From Bacteroidota bacterium (GTDB taxonomy: Bacteria; Bacteroidota; Bacteroidia; NS11-12g; UBA955), in contig JBEGUW010000009.1 of NCBI GenBank assembly GCA_041178665.1, positions 1,474 through 33,473 on the forward strand: 32,000 nt of DNA, read 5' to 3'. The notes under the pieces are model-generated. The model had not been told where the DNA came from. It made no database searches and saw nothing but the letters and a program-made list of their open reading frames with translations. The position numbers were made by a program, and so were the translations under genes. This document shows, piece by piece, positions 16,299-23,726 of this stretch (positions are counted from its first letter, which is position 1; each line of letters begins with the position of its first letter).

Positions 16299-17897
16299 TC
16301 ACTCAAACTCTAATCGCCAAACCAAAGCCGGCGGCATATCGCGATAAGATTCCGGCTTGATGATTCTACTGCCGCTCGGCCCCACCGATTCCACTTTCCT
16401 AACTTGATAGGCCACCTCCTTGGGCAACTTCAATGTCTGATCACCCACAACAGAAACCGTTTCCATCTTCATATCATAACCCAACAACTGAACCCTACAC
16501 CTCGACACAACCTTTCTGGCCTCATCCTTGGGCAACATTGAATCCCTCCGCTCAGACCAAACCCTTGCCAATTCACCCAAATCCAATCGCAACTCCTTAC
16601 CCAAATCAATATCATCCCTCAAAATCGCATATACCACCCACTTCCCATTCTCCAATTTCGAAGTAAACATCCACTCTTGGGCCTTATACTTCCATTGAAA
16701 ATATGGCGCAATGGGCTCCGTGCCGTAAATGGCCTCGCCATTCACCTTCATCCAAGCCCCAATTTCCTCCAATCGCTTGTAAGCCGCAGAATCCCACTCC
16801 CCCGTGGCACTGGGCGCGATATTCAGCAAATAATTCCCTCCCCGAGAAACAATCAAACACAAATTGTAAATAATCTCGTTGATAGACTTGTACTGCTCAT
16901 TTTTCACGTAACTCCAACTCCCGCCCATCGTCATACAGGTCTCCCAAGGATAACTCAGTGGCTTCTGAGGTATCTGTTGCTCTGGAGTGAGATAATTCTG
17001 ATTCGGACCCTCCACCGCGCGATCCACCACAATCAACCCCGGCTGATAACTGCGCGCCATCTTCGCGATTTCATCCATTTTGATGTCTTGGTTGATGACC
17101 TTTCCTTTCCACAATCCCGATCCGGGCGATGCCGGCTGCACCTGTCCGCCGTCCAACCACAACAAATCCATCTTGCCATAATCCCTTACCAATTCCTTAA
17201 TTTGATTTGTGCTATACTGACGAAACTTGTCCCACTTCTTAGGATACCGCTCCAAATCATAATTCGGATTTCTGTCCATCGGCGGGAAATACGGATCCCA
17301 ATAATACGGACTGTGCCAATCGGGTTTTGAGAAATATGCCCCAACCCAAAGTCCCTCCTTGCGAAAGGCATCAAATACTTCCTTGGCGATGTTCGCCCTA
17401 GGATTCGTATGGAATGGGGTATTGGGCGATGTGATCTTGTAATCGCTGTACTTGGTATCGAACATGGCAAACCCATCGTGGTGTTTGGTGGTGAACACCA
17501 TGTACTTCATCCCCGCGTCGCGGGCCGCGGAGGCCCATTTCTCTGGATTGAATTTCACCGGATTGAACGTATTCTGCAAGCCCTCATACGCCTTCTTGTA
17601 CTCAAAATAATTCTGGGCATACGGCCCGCGACGCTCGCACCACGGTTCGTCTTCCGGACAAATACTCCAACTCTCCACAATCCCCCATTGCGAGTAGGGT
17701 CCCCAGTGCATCAACAATCCAAACTTCATATCACCCCATGCCGCCAATTTCTGCTGCACCAACGTATCCGTGGGCGGATAGTACTTCTGCAAATGATGCT
17801 CCTGTGCCAAAACGGCGCTGCTTATCGAACAGCAAAACAGAAGAACCCCTAGTTTAAATCCATTCAGCTTAGCTGTCTGAAAACCTATATTTCTCAT
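16299..17897 (-). CDS. Alpha-L-fucosidase, GH29 family (secreted)
   Basis: ATG 17895-17897; the ORF-track M1 at 17909 is a GTG. Signal peptide MRNIGFQTAKLNGFKLGVLLFCCSISSAVLAQ. GH29 hallmarks FGLLMHWGPYSQ, KYMVFTTKHHDGFAMFDT and DLLWLDGG. Confidence 0.9.
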   Translation of the reverse strand: MRNIGFQTAKLNGFKLGVLLFCCSISSAVLAQEHHLQKYYPPTDTLVQQKLAAWGDMKFGLLMHWGPYSQWGIVESWSICPEDEPWCERRGPYAQNYFEYKKAYEGLQNTFNPVKFNPEKWASAARDAGMKYMVFTTKHHDGFAMFDTKYSDYKITSPNTPFHTNPRANIAKEVFDAFRKEGLWVGAYFSKPDWHSPYYWDPYFPPMDRNPNYDLERYPKKWDKFRQYSTNQIKELVRDYGKMDLLWLDGGQVQPASPGSGLWKGKVINQDIKMDEIAKMARSYQPGLIVVDRAVEGPNQNYLTPEQQIPQKPLSYPWETCMTMGGSWSYVKNEQYKSINEIIYNLCLIVSRGGNYLLNIAPSATGEWDSAAYKRLEEIGAWMKVNGEAIYGTEPIAPYFQWKYKAQEWMFTSKLENGKWVVYAILRDDIDLGKELRLDLGELARVWSERRDSMLPKDEARKVVSRCRVQLLGYDMKMETVSVVGDQTLKLPKEVAYQVRKVESVGPSGSRIIKPESYRDMPPALVWRLEFE

Positions 17898-17945
17898 TTG
17901 ATTTTTCACCTTTATTCAATTTTTCTTTAATGAAATCCCCACCAC

Positions 17946-19520
17946 TTAATGAAATCCCCCCGCACCACGATACAACGAAAGCGGGCCTTTCAACTTCAAC
18001 TTCAACACGGTAACATCTGAATCTAATGCATCCACCGGCACCTCCATAAACACCGTCCCGGGCACCGAACTCCAGGAGATTTTACCCACGACTTTGGGCC
18101 TCAATTTGCCTTCAACGCCCAACACTTCCGCCGATAAAATCTCATTCCTCAATCCCTTTACCATCACCGAACACGTCAAACCAGAACTGCCATCCAATTC
18201 GATATGATCATCTCCCACTTTGCCCAACACTTCGTTTATAGCCTCCTCCAATTCTTCCTCATTGATGTATTTATCGTCTTTGTCAATCCCTTGTACTTGC
18301 GTTAAAAACAAATACAAAATCGTAGAATCCTTGCTAATCGTGCTTGGACCATAGAAATGTCCCGCTGGCATCCCCGCCAAACTACCATAAATGGCTTCGG
18401 CGTGCTTGCTCGTCCAACGACCCAAATCTTTTAGCAATCGGGTTTGTTCCCAAGTAATCGTGCCATCGGCCTTGGGCCCAATATCCAACAACAAATTTCC
18501 GCCCATCCCCAAACACTCCGAAAAAATTCGAATCACTTCGTTCGAAGTCTTCATCAATGTATCGTTCGGACGCCATCCCCAGTTGTCGTTGCTCGTCATA
18601 CACAACTCCCACAAAGTGCCGTGCGCTTTCCCATCCAATCCAACGAGAGTGGGTCTTTCTATCGGCATATTCTGTTCTGGCGTTGCATAATCACCGTAAC
18701 CCTGCAACCGTCCGTTCATGATGGCATTGGGGTTGGCGGTCAATATATCCCGACGGATCTTTGGCGCATTCCACTCCTCATTGCTATGCTCCCAGTCCCC
18801 ATCAAACCAAAACAAATCGGGGTGAAACTGTGTACTCAACTCGCCAATCTGACCGTGCATAAATTGTAGAAAGCGCTGCCATCGCATCGGATCCTCTGCC
18901 AATTTATACCGACCTTGATCGTTATAAAAACCCGGATAATCGTTGTGCGACCAATCCAAAAGCGAATAATACGCGCCAAACTTAAGACCTTGTTCCCGGA
19001 GGGCGGAAGCAAAAGGAGCAATCACATCGCGTTTGGCAGGGGATTGTGCGACAACACTCAAAGGCAATTTCGCATTCCACAAAGCAGGTTTTTGCATTTT
19101 CAAAGGATCCTTTGCACTCAAACTCCAAGGCGTGTTTGGGGTCAATTGCTGGGTGTTCCACAAGGCAACGCCATCGTGATGCTGGGTCGTAATCACCGCA
19201 TATTGCGCACCGCTCTCTTTAATCAATGTCGCCCACGCTTTAGGGTCATATTTTTCCGCACCGAAGCCTTTCAGCTGACCCATATAATAGGGATATGTCG
19301 TATTTCGGCTATGAAAACTCCAACTTTCCGATGTCCCTTCCACCGCGTAAATCCCCCAGTGAATAAAGATTCCCAACTTAGCATCGGCGAACCACTGCAT
19401 TTTTGGGGCTATACTATCCGCACTGAACCCTTTCGCCATCAAACCGCCACCGCCAAAAAATCCCTGCACCAACCCCATCAAACCCACCAAAAAAACCACC
19501 GAATGCCGTATTCTTTTCAT
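17946..19520 (-). CDS. Alpha-L-fucosidase, GH29 family (secreted), second paralogue
   Basis: ATG 19518-19520; the ORF-track M1 at 19541 is a GTG. Signal peptide MKRIRHSVVFLVGLMGLV. GH29 hallmarks LGIFIHWGIYAV, QYAVITTQHHDGVALWNT and DLFWFDGDW. Confidence 0.9.
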   Translation of the reverse strand: MKRIRHSVVFLVGLMGLVQGFFGGGGLMAKGFSADSIAPKMQWFADAKLGIFIHWGIYAVEGTSESWSFHSRNTTYPYYMGQLKGFGAEKYDPKAWATLIKESGAQYAVITTQHHDGVALWNTQQLTPNTPWSLSAKDPLKMQKPALWNAKLPLSVVAQSPAKRDVIAPFASALREQGLKFGAYYSLLDWSHNDYPGFYNDQGRYKLAEDPMRWQRFLQFMHGQIGELSTQFHPDLFWFDGDWEHSNEEWNAPKIRRDILTANPNAIMNGRLQGYGDYATPEQNMPIERPTLVGLDGKAHGTLWELCMTSNDNWGWRPNDTLMKTSNEVIRIFSECLGMGGNLLLDIGPKADGTITWEQTRLLKDLGRWTSKHAEAIYGSLAGMPAGHFYGPSTISKDSTILYLFLTQVQGIDKDDKYINEEELEEAINEVLGKVGDDHIELDGSSGLTCSVMVKGLRNEILSAEVLGVEGKLRPKVVGKISWSSVPGTVFMEVPVDALDSDVTVLKLKLKGPLSLYRGAGGFH

Positions 19521-19552
19521 ATTTTGCAGGCAATTTAACACGGAAAAAGGAT

Positions 19553-20707
19553 ATGCGAAAAGTTTTGGTCTCAGGATGTTTTGATATGATGCATAGCGGA
19601 CACATCGCCTTTTTGAAAACCGCGGCCGATTTTGGTCAAGTTTTCGCCTGTATCGGCAGCGATGAAACCGTATTTTCGCTCAAAGGCCGATACCCAATCA
19701 TCAACCAATCCGAGCGTGCTTTTTGCCTCGATGCGTTAGATTCTGTTTTTCAAGCCCGTGTAAGTCGCGGATCCGGACACCTCGATTTTTTACCCGAATT
19801 GCTAGAAATCAAACCCGATGTTTTTGTGGTGAATGCAGATGGAGATTCCGCCGAAAAAAAAGCACTCATGTCCCAACATGGCATCGAATACATTGTTTTG
19901 GATCGCATCCCCGCGGAAAATTTGCCCCCCAGAAGCACGACCGCGTTGCGCACGATTTGCGACATCCCTTATCGACTTGATTTGGCAGGGGGATGGCTCG
20001 ATCAACCGTTTGTGAATGCGTTGGCTAGTGGACCGGTGATCACCATATCCGTAGAACCAACACACGATTTCAACAACCGCAGCGGGATGTCGTCTAGTAC
20101 CCGTAAAGCCGCCATAGAACTTTGGAAAACGCAGATCCCCGATGGAAATCGCGAGTTATTGGCTAAGACCTTGTTCTGTTTTGAAAATCCTCCTGGCACC
20201 AAAGATGTGGCGGGTTCACAGGATGCCATTGGCGTGGTATTTCCTGGGCTAAATTGCATAAAATATGGCGAGCCCGGCAGTTATTGGCCCAGTAGAATCG
20301 AAACGATTTTAAACGATGATGTTTTGGCGTTCCTTGAATCGCGATTGTGGTTATTACCTCTCGGCGAGCGTGAAGCAGGGTATTCAGTTTTGGAGAACAC
20401 CCGCATAGAACCGGCTGCAGCGGCGGCCCTGGCCGCCGCTGCAGCAAACCTATTCCTCGCAGCGACAAATAAAGACGCCCGTGGAGTTGGAAAAGCAATG
20501 ACCGCATCCTTTGAAGCCCAGATTCAGATGTTCCCGAACATGACCACCAGCAGCATTCAAAATACCATCCAACAGTGTTATACAGAATCACCCTCGATCC
20601 TCGGACATAAACTCTCCGGTGCTGGCGGGGGTGGCTACCTCGTCCTCTTTTCCGAGCATCCCACCGACAATACACTCCAAATAAAAATCCGTCGCGCGGC
20701 AAATTGA
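19553..20707 (+). CDS. Fusion protein: N-terminal cytidylyltransferase-like nucleotidyltransferase plus C-terminal GHMP-type sugar kinase (putative fucose kinase/nucleotidyltransferase)
   Basis: 384 aa. Residues 1-134: GCFDMMHSGH (GxFDxxHxGH) and RSTTALR. Residues 139-384: PYRLDLAGGWLDQP, SGMSSST, GSQDAIGVVFPGLN and KLSGAGGGGYLVLF. First gene of an operon with fucP and a mutarotase. Confidence 0.75.
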   Translation: MRKVLVSGCFDMMHSGHIAFLKTAADFGQVFACIGSDETVFSLKGRYPIINQSERAFCLDALDSVFQARVSRGSGHLDFLPELLEIKPDVFVVNADGDSAEKKALMSQHGIEYIVLDRIPAENLPPRSTTALRTICDIPYRLDLAGGWLDQPFVNALASGPVITISVEPTHDFNNRSGMSSSTRKAAIELWKTQIPDGNRELLAKTLFCFENPPGTKDVAGSQDAIGVVFPGLNCIKYGEPGSYWPSRIETILNDDVLAFLESRLWLLPLGEREAGYSVLENTRIEPAAAAALAAAAANLFLAATNKDARGVGKAMTASFEAQIQMFPNMTTSSIQNTIQQCYTESPSILGHKLSGAGGGGYLVLFSEHPTDNTLQIKIRRAAN

Positions 20708-20757
20708 GTCACCGCATACAATTCCTCACAAAAAATCCAATCCAATAACTCTCCACG

Positions 20758-22059
20758 ATGCGCTATATCTACTCCCTCTTTTTCCTCTGGGCCATCGCCC
20801 ATAACCTCAACCCCCTGCTGATTCCGCATCTGAAAAAAGTTTGCGAACTATCCGACCTACAATCGGCGCTTGTGGATTCTGCCTTCTACATCGGATACTT
20901 TATCATGGCGCTTCCCGCCGGCGCCTATATCAAACGATACGGCTACACCAAAGCAATCACAGTGGGTTTGATGCTATTTGGTGTTGGCGCGTTAATGGTC
21001 GGTGCCTTTGGCTCCCAGCAACAATTCTACGCCGCACTTGCCGGTTTATTTACGATGGCAGCCGGTCTCACATTCCTTGAAACAGCCGCGAATCCTTTGG
21101 TAACGCTTTTAGGGAAACCCGAAACAGCCACCACCCGCCTCAATCTGGCGCAATCATTCAATGGCCTCGGTGCCGTGATTTCCGTCTTTGTGGGTGGGAT
21201 GATTCTATTTCCAAATTCAACCACCGATATCGCCTCAAATGCCATTGCTGTAACACCAGACGAAATTGCTGACACACTCTCGATACAAGCCGAAAAGCTC
21301 ATCAAACCCTATTTCTTCATCGCGATAATTACCGTTTCACTGGGCAGAGCTTTTTGGCGAGGCTGGATCAAATTGCCAGAAATCCCATCGAGCCAAAATA
21401 CAGAATCGCAAGACAATCCAAAATCGAGCAACTTCCTAAACCCCACCGAACCTTACCTCCAACCCAATCTCTCCTTGGTGCAGCAAATTCGCAGTTTACT
21501 CACCGCGCCCAACTACAACCTCGGCTTATTGGCTCAATTTTGCTACGTGGGTGCGCAAGTGGGCGTGGGAAGTTTCTTTATTCGATACGCCACAATCCAC
21601 AGCCATATCCAAGAATCCGTTGCAGCCACTGCGCTCTCGGCAGGTTTATTGCTTTTCATGACCGGCCGATTCCTAGGTACTTTTTTGATGCGATTTATTC
21701 CTGCAGCCAAACTCCTATTGATTTACGCAAGCATTTGCATCGTTTTATGCTTATTTGTGTCGCTCAACGCCAGCGCAGCAGGTATGTGGATCCTCATTCT
21801 ATTGCAATTTTTCATGAGTATCATGTTCCCCAGCATTTTTAGTTTGTCGTTGGGCCAACTCAAACAATCCCCACCGATGGCTTCTTCCTTGCTAATCATG
21901 AGCATCGTGGGCGGCGCCATTTTCCCACTTGCAATGGGATTTCTATCGGATCAATCTAGCATCCAATACGCCTACCTCGTCCCAGCCCTTTGCTTCGTCG
22001 CCGTTGCGATTTTCGCAAAAAGAATTTCAGCATTGGCGAATTCTGCAACAACATTGTAA
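20758..22059 (+). CDS. fucP: L-fucose:H+ symporter permease (MFS, FucP family)
   Basis: 433 aa. SLFFLWAIAHNLNPLLIPHLK, DSAFYIGYFIMALPAG, FLETAANPLVTLLG, RLNLAQSFNGLGAV and LAQFCYVGAQVGVGSFFIRYA closely parallel E. coli FucP as I recall it. Confidence 0.9.
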   Translation: MRYIYSLFFLWAIAHNLNPLLIPHLKKVCELSDLQSALVDSAFYIGYFIMALPAGAYIKRYGYTKAITVGLMLFGVGALMVGAFGSQQQFYAALAGLFTMAAGLTFLETAANPLVTLLGKPETATTRLNLAQSFNGLGAVISVFVGGMILFPNSTTDIASNAIAVTPDEIADTLSIQAEKLIKPYFFIAIITVSLGRAFWRGWIKLPEIPSSQNTESQDNPKSSNFLNPTEPYLQPNLSLVQQIRSLLTAPNYNLGLLAQFCYVGAQVGVGSFFIRYATIHSHIQESVAATALSAGLLLFMTGRFLGTFLMRFIPAAKLLLIYASICIVLCLFVSLNASAAGMWILILLQFFMSIMFPSIFSLSLGQLKQSPPMASSLLIMSIVGGAIFPLAMGFLSDQSSIQYAYLVPALCFVAVAIFAKRISALANSATTL

Positions 22060-22083
22060 TTAAAAAACGAACCGCCCAAAACC

Positions 22084-22422
22084 ATGAAGCAATTTGCACT
22101 CGCCCTCGACCTAAAAAACGACCCACATCTGATTGCTGAATACGAAGCGCATCACCAGGCTGTTTGGCCAGAAATACTGGCGAGTATAAAGGCGTCGGGC
22201 ATTCTGGATTGCAGTATTTATCGCATCGAAAACCGACTCACCATGGTATTGAGCACAACGGACGAATTTGATTTCAATCAGAAGGCCATCGACGATAAAA
22301 ACAACCCAAAAGTACAAGAATGGGAAACATTAATGTGGAAATACCAAGAAGCGCTACCCACCGCCAAACGCGGAGAAAAATGGAAACTAATGAAGTTGAT
22401 TTTTCAACTTTCCAATATATAA
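22084..22422 (+). CDS. RhaM/DUF718-family 6-deoxy-L-hexose mutarotase (L-fucose or L-rhamnose mutarotase)
   Basis: 112 aa. The pattern EYEAHHQAVWPEILASIKASG...SIYR...W..LMWKYQEALP matches the RhaM family (Y..H...WPE ... W..M). Context suggests fucose. Confidence 0.85.
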   Translation: MKQFALALDLKNDPHLIAEYEAHHQAVWPEILASIKASGILDCSIYRIENRLTMVLSTTDEFDFNQKAIDDKNNPKVQEWETLMWKYQEALPTAKRGEKWKLMKLIFQLSNI

Positions 22423-23595
22423 TAACGCAAACAACAGGGTAATGCAAATCATTATATAAGACGAAAAAATCGGGATGCAGCCGGTCTTACCCAACGTAAA
22501 AAAAAGGAAACCCCAAAGGAAGATTCTAAAGCCCTCCTGACAAAAATATATCCCTAAATATTTATGCCAACGGACACTGGCGCTGAGAATCCCCCAGCAA
22601 ATAAAAATGGCACAGGTGGATTTTAGAGACATATCCCATCCCTTCGACCAAAAAATCATATAGAACAGGCCCAAGGCACACAAAATAATCTGCGCCAAGA
22701 CATAGTTTTTTTGATCATCAATGGGTTGAAATTGCTTCGCTGGTATCTTGGTCTTTCCCACCATATAATCTGGAACATCCTTTGGCTTGCTAAAGAAAAA
22801 GGCAAATACATCTTCAATCCGTTGACCCAACTTTAATGGCAGCATCAACTGTCTAAACCCATATGTATGCGCCGCCAAAATGGTCATATTTCCTGTTTGA
22901 TCGGTAATGCCATATTTCACAACTTCAGTTTCCGGCTCGTAAGTTCCAAAAAGACGATCCCAAATCACAAACATCCCCCCATAGTTCTTGTCGAGATAGC
23001 GATCATTCACTCCATGATGGACCCTGTGTGTACTCGGCGTGACAAGGACTTTCTCAATGAACCCTAGCTTAGGCACCACTTGAGTATGCAATAGGAGTTG
23101 ATACAAGGCATGGCCTACTAAAACCAGCACAATCACGTCGGCAGAAAATCCCAAAATAGGAAGGGCAATCCAAAAGCACGTCCTAACGATATACTGAAAA
23201 ATTGAAATCCGAAAACCCACGGAAATATTGTAATGCTCACTTTGATGATGCAAACTATGAACGGCCCACAAAAACCTCACTTCATGTCCAAGCCTATGAT
23301 ACCAATACCAAACAAAATCTGTAACCAATAAACATAAAATTACACCCAACCATCCCTGGGGCATTGCAAAAATCCCAAATCGATTGCCAATGGCCGACCA
23401 AATCACATATTGCGCACCATCAAAAAACAAACTAAACAATCGATCACTCATGCCACAGCTCACATTTGTTATCGTATCAGCCACGTTATATAATGCGATT
23501 TTTTGTTTTCGCTGCATCCATATTTCAGCCATCAAAATACATATTATACCCAAAAACCCGGCATACATAAACAAGCTATACAAATCAAATTTCAT
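22387..23595 (-). CDS. Fatty-acid hydroxylase superfamily (sterol-desaturase family) membrane protein with an extra C-terminal multi-TM domain
   Basis: His boxes HRLGHE, HSLHHQ and HRVHHG, plus NYGGMFVIWDRLFGT. ATG 23593-23595 is preferred over the ORF-track TTG at 23709 because a DNA-level direct repeat lies between them in different reading frames. Confidence 0.8.
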   Translation of the reverse strand: MKFDLYSLFMYAGFLGIICILMAEIWMQRKQKIALYNVADTITNVSCGMSDRLFSLFFDGAQYVIWSAIGNRFGIFAMPQGWLGVILCLLVTDFVWYWYHRLGHEVRFLWAVHSLHHQSEHYNISVGFRISIFQYIVRTCFWIALPILGFSADVIVLVLVGHALYQLLLHTQVVPKLGFIEKVLVTPSTHRVHHGVNDRYLDKNYGGMFVIWDRLFGTYEPETEVVKYGITDQTGNMTILAAHTYGFRQLMLPLKLGQRIEDVFAFFFSKPKDVPDYMVGKTKIPAKQFQPIDDQKNYVLAQIILCALGLFYMIFWSKGWDMSLKSTCAIFICWGILSASVRWHKYLGIYFCQEGFRIFLWGFLFFTLGKTGCIPIFSSYIMICITLLFALLYIGKLKNQLH

Positions 23596-23650
23596 CTCAG
23601 TTGCTATAAAATCCTGAGATTCGAAATTGTAACTTATTACAAGGCAATCA

Positions 23651-23698
23651 TTACGGAAAAACGCAACTGTGCCATAGTTTTTTACGGAAAATCGCAAC
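23651..23698. repeat. Two copies of a 17-bp direct repeat (candidate operator) upstream of the hydroxylase-family gene
   Basis: TTACGGAAAAACGCAAC (23651-23667) and TTACGGAAAATCGCAAC (23682-23698), 16/17 identical, 31 bp start to start. Confidence 0.6.
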
Positions 23699-23726
23699 AC
23701 AATCCCCAACTAAGGCAGATAAAGCC

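Noticed and set aside
16281-16307. 10-mer direct repeat ATCACTCAAA at 16281-16290 and 16298-16307
   Set aside because: It is short. The second copy overlaps the stop codon and last codons of the fucosidase gene. It is more likely chance than a functional element.
16677-17330. 217-aa plus-strand ORF antisense to GH29 fucosidase 1
   Set aside because: It lies entirely within a well-supported minus-strand CDS. Its translation is Pro/Arg/Leu/His-rich low-complexity sequence with no motif, which is typical of a shadow ORF on the complement of a moderately GC-rich gene.
18915-19538. 207-aa plus-strand ORF antisense to GH29 fucosidase 2 (also 18391-18869)
   Set aside because: Same reasoning: it is fully nested antisense to a strong GH29 CDS, its composition is Arg/Pro-rich, and it has no start context or motif.
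20163-20702. 179-aa minus-strand ORF antisense to the cytidylyltransferase/GHMP fusion gene
   Set aside because: It is a shadow ORF opposite a CDS with clear motifs in frame. Its translation is Arg/Pro/Cys-rich and featureless.
16299-22422. Impression that the fucose locus is more GC-rich than its neighbours (possible horizontal acquisition)
   Set aside because: Spot counts of individual 60-nt lines gave overlapping values (about 47-53% here versus 37-53% in the T9SS genes). Without a proper sliding-window GC and codon-usage calculation the claim is unsupported. No flanking tRNA, integrase or direct repeats are present.
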